The translations under genes and the position numbers were made by a program. DNA of 64,000 bases. It comes from Minisyncoccota bacterium (lineage in GTDB: Bacteria > Patescibacteriota > Minisyncoccia > Phycocordibacterales > PALSA-1337). The stretch is from the NCBI GenBank assembly GCA_041663145.1, contig JBAZRG010000002.1:94618-158617 (forward strand), written 5' to 3'. How positions within the stretch are numbered: the stretch's first letter is position 1; every line of letters begins with the position of its first letter. This document shows, piece by piece, positions 31,307-43,433 of this stretch. The notes beneath the pieces are model-generated. The model did not search any database. It was not told where the DNA came from and saw only the letters and a list, made by a program, of their open reading frames with translations.

Positions 31307-31921
31307 ATGAAAATAAATAATACACAACGTGGATTTACAATGCTCGAGATGATAGTCTCACTCGGAATATTCACCGTGGTTGCTGTGATTGCTGTTGGTA
31401 CTCTAGTTAAGATTGTAGGCCTCAATCGTCAGGCTCAGACCTTGCAGTCATCGATGAACAATCTAAGTTTTGCTTTGGAGTCTTTGTCTCGAGAGATTCG
31501 AATGGGTACTTCGTTTTATTGTAGTAGCGATCTCGATGTGGATGTTTCAAGTTTTAGCCCGCGAGGATGTTCCGGAAGTAATGGAAGACTGCTGGCTTTT
31601 CGTTCATCGAAGACTGCTCCAGATGGTGGTAGTTCTGTATGCAATCTCATTTATTCATACAGGGTTGTGCAAGTTTCGTCTGATCCTCTACTTTTCAAAC
31701 TGGAAAAAGCCAAACAAAGTGATTGTGGTGACACACTAACCTACCACTCGATCCTTGATGAAAACAATATCTTTCTAACTGATGGCAATTTCAATGTCTA
31801 TAAGGGTGCTGGAGGATATTCTTGGGCAGACATAAGATTTCGTGGTTATTCAGGAAATCGTGAGAATGAATTGAACTATTTCAATGTTCAGACCAGCGTC
31901 TCTCAGCGTATGGCAGATTGA
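31307..31921 (+). CDS. minor pilin (PilW/GspJ-like)
   Basis: RG|FTMLEMIVSLGI; ALESLSREIRMG. Confidence 0.8.
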   Translation: MKINNTQRGFTMLEMIVSLGIFTVVAVIAVGTLVKIVGLNRQAQTLQSSMNNLSFALESLSREIRMGTSFYCSSDLDVDVSSFSPRGCSGSNGRLLAFRSSKTAPDGGSSVCNLIYSYRVVQVSSDPLLFKLEKAKQSDCGDTLTYHSILDENNIFLTDGNFNVYKGAGGYSWADIRFRGYSGNRENELNYFNVQTSVSQRMAD

Positions 31922-31943
31922 GATAAAGTAGCATGAAAAAGAT

Positions 31944-32486
31944 ATGAAAAAAATCAGACAAAATAAATTCAATAATGGTTTCACTCTAGTCGAGACATTG
32001 GTGGCGATCACTGTCCTCATGATAGCTATCGCCGGACCGCTTACGGTTGCCAGTAAGGCTTATCATGCGGCTCAAGATGCTCGCAATCTGACCATTGCCG
32101 TTAATCTGGCTCAGGATGCGGTCGAATATATAAATGTTTTGAAAGAAAATTATGGTTTTAGCGGTTATATCGATGCTACGTGTAATGCGTGGAGTATTTG
32201 TGGTGTAAGCGCTATGCAGGACAGTAGTCCTTTGGATAGTGATGTAACCGGTAATGTCAAAGTTTGTTCAGAAATGAACGATTGCGATATTACATACAAT
32301 CCGACTGATGGATATACTCATAAGACAGGAGGAGAGGAATATAAAGAGACTCCTTTTAAGAGAGTGATACGTTATGAGGTTGTGAGTGATGGAATTCGAA
32401 GGATTGCCGTAGATGTTAGTTGGCAGACAGGATCAGTGCCAAATAGTTATAGTTTGACATACATAATGTCCGATAAAAAACGCTAA
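31944..32486 (+). CDS. minor pilin (PilV-like)
   Basis: NG|FTLVETLVAITVL; NLAQDAVEYI. Confidence 0.8.
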   Translation: MKKIRQNKFNNGFTLVETLVAITVLMIAIAGPLTVASKAYHAAQDARNLTIAVNLAQDAVEYINVLKENYGFSGYIDATCNAWSICGVSAMQDSSPLDSDVTGNVKVCSEMNDCDITYNPTDGYTHKTGGEEYKETPFKRVIRYEVVSDGIRRIAVDVSWQTGSVPNSYSLTYIMSDKKR

Positions 32487-35180
<2,694 letters not shown>

Positions 35181-35182
<2 letters not shown>

Positions 35183-35332
35183 GCTCGGTGAATATTGTTC
35201 CTCAACGACTCGCAATGCGATTTGAACCCCGAACAAATTGCCCGTATATCAGTAGTTCCATCTGCTGATATACGGTTGCAATTTGGAGTGGGTGACCTTG
35301 CGAGGAGTTGAGGAACAATATTCACCGAGCTC
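35181..35332 (+). ncRNA. 152-nt structured intergenic element, family A copy 1 (ncRNA or REP/MITE-like)
   Basis: 26-bp perfect closing stem and nested stems; near-identical copy at 45287-45438 with compensatory changes. Confidence 0.65.
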
Positions 35333-35442
35333 TGATATATTATCTCGTATATAAATTCTCGGAAGACAAATTAGGATATGGTGAGGAGGGGGTCCTAAAT
35401 CATTACTCGCCGTGTTTATGAGCATATGCTATTATCCACATT

Positions 35443-35745
35443 ATGATTACGATCAAGGAATTGGAACATCTATCCAAACTGGCTCGGATTAAACTCAATG
35501 AAAGTGATATGAAAGCACTCATTTCGGAGTTTGATTCGATCTTGACCTACGTCGACAAACTAAAGAAGGTAAAAGTCAGTCTCGATGCCGAAGAACGCGT
35601 GGGAGTTGTAAAAAATGTCTTTCGAAATGATAAGGTGGAAATGACAAGCGCAAGAGACAGGGAATCATTGTTAAATGAAGCACCAGACCGGGAAGGTGAC
35701 CTCATCGCCGTCCCAAAGATGATCGCTCAAGATGAAAAGATATGA
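35443..35745 (+). CDS. gatC: Asp/Glu-tRNA amidotransferase subunit C
   Basis: LEHLSKLARI, ILTYVDKL, NVFRND, APDREG..IAVPKMI. Confidence 0.92.
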   Translation: MITIKELEHLSKLARIKLNESDMKALISEFDSILTYVDKLKKVKVSLDAEERVGVVKNVFRNDKVEMTSARDRESLLNEAPDREGDLIAVPKMIAQDEKI

Positions 35746-37181
35746 AAATCAACACCAAAGATCTGACTATAAGTGAAGTGAATCGACATTTGAAGAATGG
35801 AGATTTTAGTGCGGTTGAATTGGCTGAGGCTTATATGAAAATGATCAGTGAAAAGAATGGCGACATAAACGCATATCTCCAAACTTTCGATGATGCTTTG
35901 GAATCGGCAAAACAGGCGGATCTCGATATCAAATCTTCGAAATCTGGAATGTTGACGGGGATTCCTTGCGCGATTAAGGATAATATCCTATTCAAAGATC
36001 ACATAGCCAGTTCTTCTTCGAAGATACTCGAAAAATATCAGGCACCATATGATGCTACAGTCATGAAGAAACTCAGAAAAGAAGGAGTAGTCGTATTGGG
36101 TCGGACAAATATGGACGAGTTTGCCATGGGTGGATCGACGGAGAACTCGGCTTTTGGTGTTACGAAAAATCCTCTAGATACAAAGCGTGTGGCAGGCGGT
36201 TCATCGGGCGGTTCGGCAGCCGCCGTAGCTATGGATGGGGCATTGTTCGCTCTCGGCTCTGATACTGGTGGATCGATACGACAACCGGCTAGTTATTGTG
36301 GAGTCGTCGGACTAAAGCCGACATACGGAGCGGTTTCGCGATATGGACTCATGGCTATGGGTTCATCACTAGATCAGATCGGGCCGATCACAAAGACGGT
36401 GACTGATGCTCAAATAGTCTTTCGAGCGATTGCCGGTAAAGATGAAAAAGACGGTACTACCATTCCGGATGGTCTCTATTCAGTCAAGACTGTTAAAAAA
36501 AGCGGTAAATTGACTATTGGTATCCCAAGACACTTCATGACCGAAGGAGTCGATCCAGAAGTGTTGAAGATTTTTGATCAAAATATTGAGACCCTGAAAA
36601 ATAAAGGTTACGAGATAAAGGAAATCACTTTACCAAATATCGCACATTCGCTTTTGGTCTACTATATAGTCATGCCGGCTGAAGTTTCATCCAATATGGC
36701 GCGCTTTGACGGAGTCAAATACGGCTTGCGCGTAGACGGTAAAGATGGCATCGATGATTATTTCGAAACTAGACGAGCCGGTCTAGGTAAGGAAGTGATA
36801 CGAAGAATACTTCTCGGCACTTATGTGCTCTCATCGGGTTATTATGATGACTATTACAATCGGGCAAATGCCGTTCGCGCGATGATCACCGAAGATTTTC
36901 GCAAAGCTTTTGAAGATGTGGATCTGGTTGCCACACCGACGGCGCCAACGCCGGCTTTTAAGATAGGAGAGAAGACAAATGATCCTTTGTCTATGTATCT
37001 CGAGGATATATTTACAGTACCGGCAAATCTGACCGGACTTCCGGCTATCTCTGTTCCGGGTGGATCTGTATCCGTAGACGGAATGAAACTTCCAGTCGGA
37101 TTCCAATTGACCGCGAGACATGGCAGAGAGGATGATCTGTTCTTTGCCGGCAAGGATTTGCTCGGTGAAAATCAAAGTTGA
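35742..37181 (+). CDS. gatA: Asp/Glu-tRNA amidotransferase subunit A
   Basis: IKDNI, TNMDEFAMGGSTENS, GGSSGGSAAAV, GSDTGGSIRQPA. Confidence 0.97.
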   Translation: MKINTKDLTISEVNRHLKNGDFSAVELAEAYMKMISEKNGDINAYLQTFDDALESAKQADLDIKSSKSGMLTGIPCAIKDNILFKDHIASSSSKILEKYQAPYDATVMKKLRKEGVVVLGRTNMDEFAMGGSTENSAFGVTKNPLDTKRVAGGSSGGSAAAVAMDGALFALGSDTGGSIRQPASYCGVVGLKPTYGAVSRYGLMAMGSSLDQIGPITKTVTDAQIVFRAIAGKDEKDGTTIPDGLYSVKTVKKSGKLTIGIPRHFMTEGVDPEVLKIFDQNIETLKNKGYEIKEITLPNIAHSLLVYYIVMPAEVSSNMARFDGVKYGLRVDGKDGIDDYFETRRAGLGKEVIRRILLGTYVLSSGYYDDYYNRANAVRAMITEDFRKAFEDVDLVATPTAPTPAFKIGEKTNDPLSMYLEDIFTVPANLTGLPAISVPGGSVSVDGMKLPVGFQLTARHGREDDLFFAGKDLLGENQS

Positions 37182-37200
37182 TTTGAGGTATAATATTGCA

Positions 37201-37776
37201 ATGGATTCCAATCTATTTCTTTTCAAAGACAATATCATCATCGAAACTCTTGTAAAAGCTTTTGATTTTATTCCAGCAATTATTCTGTTCTTCAAAAATG
37301 CTGGGGGATTCCTGATCGGGCTTTCTCTAGTGCTATCTCTATTTTTCTTGATCGGCATCATCTATTGCGTGGAAAGACTCAAAATTCTTCGTATCAAGGA
37401 AGAAGAGAAGTATGATCTCAAAGTTGAGCCTGCAATCGAAAAGGCAACACCGGGCGATATGGCACTGACGCGTCGTTGGGAAGAAGCCAAAAAACTCATC
37501 GGTTCGGCAAATGAGAATGACTGGAGACAGGCTATCATCAATTGCGACATAATTCTCGATGATCTTCTCGAGAAGATGGGCTATCGCGGAGAAAGTGTCG
37601 GTGAAAAACTAAAGCGTGTGGTAACAGGGGATATGAAATCACTTTCGGATGCCTGGGAAGCGCATAAGATCAGAAATCAGATCGCCCACGAATCGGGATT
37701 TGTTCTTGATCACCATATTGCCAAAAAAGTGTTTAGTCACTACAGGAAAGTGTTTGAAGAGTTTTATTATGTATAA
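37201..37776 (+). CDS. membrane-anchored protein with HEPN-like C-terminal domain
   Basis: TM helix, WRQAII..DIILDDLL, AWEAHKIRNQIAHE (Rx4H). Confidence 0.65.
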   Translation: MDSNLFLFKDNIIIETLVKAFDFIPAIILFFKNAGGFLIGLSLVLSLFFLIGIIYCVERLKILRIKEEEKYDLKVEPAIEKATPGDMALTRRWEEAKKLIGSANENDWRQAIINCDIILDDLLEKMGYRGESVGEKLKRVVTGDMKSLSDAWEAHKIRNQIAHESGFVLDHHIAKKVFSHYRKVFEEFYYV

Positions 37777-37845
37777 GTAATTTTTAGGAAAAATTAAAAC
37801 CCCGCCTATCGCTTGAAGCAACAGATGGGGTGTGTGAAAGTTTTC

Positions 37846-38130
37846 TTAATGTGACAAATTGTGTATAAGTCCGCTGACTAACACATTGCATCTGCGCAAC
37901 AGGGACAGCGTGCCTCGTCCAGTGACTTCTACGAGGCCGATCAGATAGGGTATAGTCGGTATGATCATACTCACCGATGACCACAAGAAGTTTTGTGGTT
38001 GACAGAGGCAAAGCACTAGCAGTGTGAATATGAAGCTTATTGGTACGAACAATACGAAATATCCGATTCGATCGGACATGTCGTAGATTTTTGTCCGTTC
38101 CTCAAACTTCTCTACGAATCGACTCTTCAT
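37846..38130 (-). CDS. small membrane protein, hypothetical
   Basis: 94 aa, two hydrophobic stretches, AGGAGA upstream, hairpin downstream. Confidence 0.5.
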   Translation of the reverse strand: MKSRFVEKFEERTKIYDMSDRIGYFVLFVPISFIFTLLVLCLCQPQNFLWSSVSMIIPTIPYLIGLVEVTGRGTLSLLRRCNVLVSGLIHNLSH

Positions 38131-38275
38131 TAGTCATCTTTCTCCTTGCTTTCAAGGTGAATTTCCAGTGTGAATACTAGCACGTTTTGTGTTTGTGTAT
38201 TTAAAGACCTAATAGTCAAAGAATGGATCAAAAAACCGCCCTTCGACTGTGCTCGGGGCGGTTGTGAATGAGACT

Positions 38276-38815
38276 TTAGAAGATAAAATCTTGAATTAAG
38301 CTCGTGATAATGACGGTCACACAAGCAATGTCCACTGCAAGCTCCTGGGGCTTTGGTTTTAGCGTCCCATGATCATGTCGGTATTCCCAGACGCCGATAA
38401 AGTCACTCAAGTGCTCGTTTCTCGACAGAGGCCACAAACAGGATTGATCGATGCTTCTGAATTTCCTGTTACAGTGAGTCATTCCATCTATTATAATGTG
38501 AATGCCTATCGCCGCAATGAGTGCGATGAAGTAGAAAATGATCCTTGGACTTTCTAGCGTCGTAGTGAAAAGAAAATAAAGAGTAAATATCCCAAAGACG
38601 AATACTGAGTGGGACATTTCTTTTAGGACCAGAGCGATGTGATTCTGCCGAGCGAGTGGCTGTCGTCCTCGTATCTTGTCGAGGAGGAATTGGGGCACCA
38701 TCACCATGTCCGGTAAAACCGAACCAATGGCGAAGGCACCTGCTATATCGTACCTGTTTGGGTACAAGAGTAACGATAAGCTCGTTCCGAGAACTAGGTG
38801 AGTATATGTCTGCAT
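38276..38815 (-). CDS. membrane-bound metal-dependent hydrolase (YbcI/LexA-regulated family)
   Basis: THLVLG, GSVLPD, SHS, HIIIDGMTH, LWPL. Confidence 0.75.
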   Translation of the reverse strand: MQTYTHLVLGTSLSLLLYPNRYDIAGAFAIGSVLPDMVMVPQFLLDKIRGRQPLARQNHIALVLKEMSHSVFVFGIFTLYFLFTTTLESPRIIFYFIALIAAIGIHIIIDGMTHCNRKFRSIDQSCLWPLSRNEHLSDFIGVWEYRHDHGTLKPKPQELAVDIACVTVIITSLIQDFIF

Positions 38816-38891
38816 AAGACCTCCATATTTTGTCCCAAGTTATGTCAAATAAAACCAAGTCAATATTGGCATTAAAGTTAGAGTGTGTCAA

Positions 38892-38918
38892 CTTGTTGCA
38901 CAGGTAGGACGGGATTGG
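38892..38918. repeat. 27-bp direct repeat, left copy
   Basis: cttgttgcacaggtaggacgggattgg, identical at 41870-41896. Confidence 0.85.
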
Positions 38919-39087
38919 CATCAAATAATGAAGGAAGTAAAAAGCATCTCTGAATTAGCCATAGAAGCAATAATAGCGAGCGTTGACGAATAACTTATTG
39001 TATGATAGGGTAATTTTGGCTTTCGGACTATATTTTTATTGATTTTTGACAGCCAAATATAGTAAACAGAAAACAAAAAGGAACGTG

Positions 39088-41757
39088 ATGATAACGCCAC
39101 ATGACTATCAGTGCAATCCGATTGTCATGATCGGTGAGGCACTGAAAGCTTCAAAAAAGGCTTTGGTTGTGATGGCGACTGGCACGGGTAAAACTGTTGT
39201 CGGCGCGTTCGCAATCAAAGAACCTTTGAAGCTGGGTCGAGGATTATTCCTCTGCCACAACAACCGTATCCTTGAACAATCCATGAAGCAATTCGCGGAA
39301 GTTCTCGGGCCGGAAGTGACCCTCGGGGTCTTCCATGGTGAGAAGAAACACTGGGACGAAGTAGATATCCTCTTTGCGTCCTTTCAGACCTTTGTGGACT
39401 GGAAGCATGCATTTTTCGAGGATGAATTCCGCTTCGTCATAGTTGACGAATCCCACCATAGTCAAGCAATTACATTCAAGGAGGTCATCGAATACTTCAA
39501 GCCGGCTGAGCTTTTGGCTCTCACGGCAACACCCGATCGAATGGATCAGAAAGACATCCGTGAGATCTTCGGGCAGGAAGTGGTGAATATAACTCTTGAA
39601 GAGGCGATCGGTAAAGGGTGGTTAGCTCAAGTTGAGTATCACCTTGTCACCGACAACCTCAATCATTGGGAACTGAAGAAGCTCGCTCGTGAAGTGCTGG
39701 AGGTGGGAAAGAAAATTTCCCTCAAACAGCTTAACGAAACGATCTTCATCAAGGCTCGTGATGAAAAAATTGCTGAAAAAATTCAAAGCTACGGGAAGAA
39801 AAAGACGATCGTCTTTTGCGAGAGCATAGTTCACGCAGAGAACTTTCAGAAGTTCCTTCCCCGATCCAAGGTCTACCACTCAAAAGTAAGCATTGGAAAA
39901 AATGAAGAAACCTTAAATGAGTTTCGCAGTGGCGAGTGCCAATGCATCCTAGTCGTTGATAAATTCAACGAAGGTCTCGACATTCCCGATGCCGAACTGA
40001 TTGTATTCCTCCGTTGCACCGACTCTAAAACAGTCTACCTGCAACAGCTCGGTCGTGGACTTCGCAAAACCCTGAATAAGGATAAAGTGATTGTTCTCGA
40101 CTTCGTCGGTAATACGGAACGTGTCATGATGATTCGTGAGATGATCGAAAAGGTTAAGTTCTTCACTATAAACTGGGCGGAGCTCGAAAGAAACCCGCTT
40201 CATGTCCAAGGTGACGGATTCGATTTCGTCTTCACGGATGAACTGATTGACTTGTTCAGTGTTCTCCAACGTCTGCAACTACGATACATCTCGGACGTTC
40301 CCGAACTCCTCGCGGAGTATTCGGATAAAAACGAACTGTTGCCAAGTGAGGTAGTTGCCGGAACGATGAGGAGGCTTTGGTGGGTATGCTCCAAGTGTGG
40401 GCATGAATGGCTCACCAGCGGTTCACACCGCCTTCGAGCCAAATCAGGTTGTCCAGCTTGCCTTAATAGAGCTGTCACCTCCAAAAACAACCTTGCCGTC
40501 ACGCATCCCGAGTTAGCTAAAGAATACTCTCCGCGGAATCTTCTGCCAGCGACGCAAATAATCGCTGGTTCGATGAAGAAACTGTGGTGGAAGTGTTCGA
40601 AGCCAGAATGTGGACATGAGTGGCAGGCAACCGGAAATGCTCGTCTAAGGGGCGGCAACATTGTTGGCTGTCCAGCATGTTGCAATAGGGTTGCAGGTGC
40701 CAAAAACAACCTTGCCGTCACGCATCCTGATCTGGCTAAAGAATATTCGCCACGGAATCCTCTGCCGGCTACAAGCTTTGTCGCTGGTACAAACAGGAAA
40801 CTGTGGTGGAAATGTCTGAAACCAGATTGTGGATATGAATGGCAGACAACTGGGGCAAATCGAGTGTCGGGAAAGGGTTGTCCAGCCTGTTGTAACAGAG
40901 CGGTAACCCCAAAGAACAACCTCGCTGTCACGCATCCAGATCTGGCTAAAGAATATTCGCCACGGAATCCTCTGCTGGCAAATCAAATCGTTGCTGGCTC
41001 GACGAAGAAACTATGGTGGAAATGCTTGAAACCAGAATGTGGACACGAGTGGCAAGCAACTGGGTTAAGCCGAGTGTCAGCAGGAACTGGCTGCCCAGCA
41101 TGCGCAGGTAACGTTGTCACTCCAAGAAACAACCTGACTGTCACCCATCCTGATCTGGTTAAAGAGTACTCACCGAAAAATCTGTTGCCCGCGACACAAG
41201 TTAATCCTGGGACAAACAGAAAGCTTTGGTGGAAGTGTTCAAAGCCGGAATGTGGACACGAGTGGCAAGCTTCATGTTACCATCGAACCAAGGGTGTTGG
41301 GTGCCCAGCTTGTGTAAACAAGGTCGTCACTACAAAAAACAACCTAACGGTTACGCATCCGGAATTGGCTAAGGAGTATTCACCAAAGAATTCGTTGCCA
41401 GCGACACAGGTCGTTGCGGGAACAAACAAAAAACTCTGGTGGAAGTGCTCAAAGCCAGAATGTGGGCACGAGTGGCACATCGAAGGAAGTGCTCGGGTTC
41501 AAGGTTATGGTTGTCCGGCGTGTGTAAACAAGGTCGTCACTACAAAAAACAACCTCGCTGTCACTCATCCGGAGTTGGCGAAAGAATATTCACCACGGAA
41601 TCCTCTGCCAGCAGATCGAATTATTGCCGGTTCAACGAAGAGGCTCTGGTGGGTTTGCTCCAAATGTGGGCATGAATGGCTTACAAGTGGTTCACACCGC
41701 GCTGTAAATAAATCGGGTTGTCCAAAGTGTTGCAATCGTGGGAGAAAAACTCCTTAA
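39088..41757 (+). CDS. SF2 DEAH helicase (ResIII-like) fused to seven DUF4379-like zinc-ribbon repeats
   Basis: MATGTGKT, VDESHH, LTATPDR, FNEGLDIP, LQQLGRGLR; then 7x HPELAKEY...WWKC..CGHEW...GCPAC. Confidence 0.9.
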   Translation: MITPHDYQCNPIVMIGEALKASKKALVVMATGTGKTVVGAFAIKEPLKLGRGLFLCHNNRILEQSMKQFAEVLGPEVTLGVFHGEKKHWDEVDILFASFQTFVDWKHAFFEDEFRFVIVDESHHSQAITFKEVIEYFKPAELLALTATPDRMDQKDIREIFGQEVVNITLEEAIGKGWLAQVEYHLVTDNLNHWELKKLAREVLEVGKKISLKQLNETIFIKARDEKIAEKIQSYGKKKTIVFCESIVHAENFQKFLPRSKVYHSKVSIGKNEETLNEFRSGECQCILVVDKFNEGLDIPDAELIVFLRCTDSKTVYLQQLGRGLRKTLNKDKVIVLDFVGNTERVMMIREMIEKVKFFTINWAELERNPLHVQGDGFDFVFTDELIDLFSVLQRLQLRYISDVPELLAEYSDKNELLPSEVVAGTMRRLWWVCSKCGHEWLTSGSHRLRAKSGCPACLNRAVTSKNNLAVTHPELAKEYSPRNLLPATQIIAGSMKKLWWKCSKPECGHEWQATGNARLRGGNIVGCPACCNRVAGAKNNLAVTHPDLAKEYSPRNPLPATSFVAGTNRKLWWKCLKPDCGYEWQTTGANRVSGKGCPACCNRAVTPKNNLAVTHPDLAKEYSPRNPLLANQIVAGSTKKLWWKCLKPECGHEWQATGLSRVSAGTGCPACAGNVVTPRNNLTVTHPDLVKEYSPKNLLPATQVNPGTNRKLWWKCSKPECGHEWQASCYHRTKGVGCPACVNKVVTTKNNLTVTHPELAKEYSPKNSLPATQVVAGTNKKLWWKCSKPECGHEWHIEGSARVQGYGCPACVNKVVTTKNNLAVTHPELAKEYSPRNPLPADRIIAGSTKRLWWVCSKCGHEWLTSGSHRAVNKSGCPKCCNRGRKTP
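40288..41754 (+). repeat. intragenic array of seven ~210-bp zinc-ribbon repeats
   Basis: Repeated NNLAVTHPELAKEYSPRN / LWWKC / CGHEW / GCPAC. Confidence 0.9.
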
Positions 41758-41762
41758 TCACC

Positions 41763-41798
41763 CCGTAAGTTGACCTCAAGTCAGCTTACGGTTTTTTT
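41763..41798 (+). terminator. intrinsic terminator
   Basis: ccgtaagttgac-ctcaa-gtcagcttacgg followed by T7. Confidence 0.85.
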
Positions 41799-41869
41799 GT
41801 TTGTCATTGGAATCATAAAAATATCCCTTACCTTCAATGTAAAAGTGTTATTTTATGAGACGTGTCCTT

Positions 41870-41896
41870 CTTGTTGCACAGGTAGGACGGGATTGG
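41870..41896. repeat. 27-bp direct repeat, right copy
   Basis: Identical to 38892-38918. Confidence 0.85.
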
Positions 41897-42053
41897 AATC
41901 TTCTAGTCCAAAATATTAAACAGTTATATGAATTAAATCAATTATTATAAAAAAAGGAAACCGCCAGCGAACTGAAACCGACGGGTTCCGATGTTCGTGG
42001 CGGATTATTGTTGCTAGTTTGATGCTAAGTTCTTATTTTTTGACAGATTATTT

Positions 42054-42347
42054 CTACTGTTCATCAAGCCACTTTGAGATTGCACCCACATCTAGTCCAA
42101 CAGGAGCATTGTCGAATTTCTGTACGGTGACATTGCCCCATGGGTGATAATCTCCAGCTGGAAACCAGCTTTCAATGGTCTGTTCATCGGGATGTGCATT
42201 TGAGTAGATGACGACATAGCACCCACAGGCTCCAACAAATAATAGGCCAGCGTGGTCAATTGCAAAATTTGCAGCCCTCAATACCCACCAATCCGTAGAT
42301 GCAAAAGGACTTATTCTGTGTCCATGTATTAATCTTGTAACTTTCAT
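42054..42347 (-). CDS. hypothetical protein
   Basis: 97 aa with AAGGAG upstream. Confidence 0.55.
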   Translation of the reverse strand: MKVTRLIHGHRISPFASTDWWVLRAANFAIDHAGLLFVGACGCYVVIYSNAHPDEQTIESWFPAGDYHPWGNVTVQKFDNAPVGLDVGAISKWLDEQ

Positions 42348-42482
42348 ATACTCCTTTTCTTTTTAGAGGTTTAACTGCTCTCTCGGACTCATTTAGTGCT
42401 AGAGAGAGCGGCCAAATAACAGAGAATATCAAAATCTATACCATAAGTATGGTAGCATATTATGAGATATAAGTCAAGCTTG

Positions 42483-42554
42483 TTGCGGGGAGCGGAATCG
42501 AACCGCTAATTTTCAGGTTATGAGCCTGACGGGTTACCGTTACCCTACCCCGCG
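42483..42554 (-). tRNA. tRNA-Met(CAT), probably initiator
   Basis: CGCGGGG...TCAGG-CTCATAA-CCTGA...GGTTCGATTCC...CCCCGCA-A; C1:A72 mismatch; no encoded CCA. Confidence 0.9.
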
Positions 42555-42673
42555 ATGATATAGACGTATTGGAGCTATTCTGGCATAAAATGGTGTAGCG
42601 TGCAAGAGGATAAAAAGGGTAGAATACATAACGTGTTTGCATAGAGATTCATTTTCGTCTATTGTAATCATAC

Positions 42674-42750
42674 GTCGGCGTAGCTCAGGTAGTTAGAGCG
42701 AGGGACTCATAAGCCCTAGGTCGCAGGTGCAAGTCCTGCCGCCGACACCA
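42674..42750 (+). tRNA. tRNA with CAT anticodon (elongator Met or Ile2)
   Basis: GTCGGCG...CTCATAA...GCAGG-TGCAAGT-CCTGC-CGCCGAC-A-CCA. Confidence 0.88.
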
Positions 42751-42796
42751 TTTCACACTTTGTTTTTTGGCCGAGTTCTGGTACATTAATGTCCAT

Positions 42797-42870
42797 GCGC
42801 CCGTAGTTCAGTTGGCTAGAACGCTCCCCTGTCACGGGAGAGGTCGTGGGTTCGAACCCCATCGGGCGCG
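42797..42870 (+). tRNA. tRNA-Asp(GTC)
   Basis: GCGCCCG...CTCCC-CTGTCAC-GGGAG...GGTTCGAACCC...CGGGCGC-G. Confidence 0.93.
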
Positions 42871-42871
42871 C

Positions 42872-42899
42872 TTGACAAACCCAATAGGTATGATATAAT
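42872..42899 (+). promoter_or_regulatory. sigma-70 promoter
   Basis: TTGACA-N16-TATAAT with extended -10 TG; a 49-codon ORF (MKTIEFF...) starts at 42960. Confidence 0.65.
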
Positions 42900-43433
42900 A
42901 GTAGGGTAAGATTGAAACAGATAGATTTTGACAGTCAAATAGGCAAAGGGATTTAATGTATGAAGACAATAGAATTTTTTCTGGTTTGTCGTGCTGTTGG
43001 TAAGCATGGAAACGTAGCACGAGTTGCAATCCATGTTCTCGCTCTCTTAACGAGACACGAGGATTGGGATCGCGCAGTGGCCGGAATTCGTCGCGAATTT
43101 TCGCGATAGAATTCCACTCAATACGAAGAGGGGTAAGAGACTTGAAAAAACTTACCCCACTTTACTGAGCCTATAAAAATTGAAATTTGTAGGCTCACAG
43201 AGTGACGATGTTTTTAAATACCATAATATGATCCCCAAATACGTGGGGATTTTTTGTTATAACCATTCACCACAACAAAATACCTCAAGTTGTTTTTGTG
43301 TCGATATTCATATATGATTTCAAACATTCGCGTTGGATCATTGAAATCATTTAGTGTACAGAAGTAAATATAAGCCGATGTAGCTGTCTTGGTAGCTCTG
43401 ACGCAAATCATTTAGTGTACAAAAGTAATACAA

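Noticed and set aside
40200-40931. Long antisense ORFs over real genes (e.g. 40200..40931, 6707..7285, 55562..56044, 36831..37361)
   Set aside because: Shadow frames of well-supported genes with no motifs of their own
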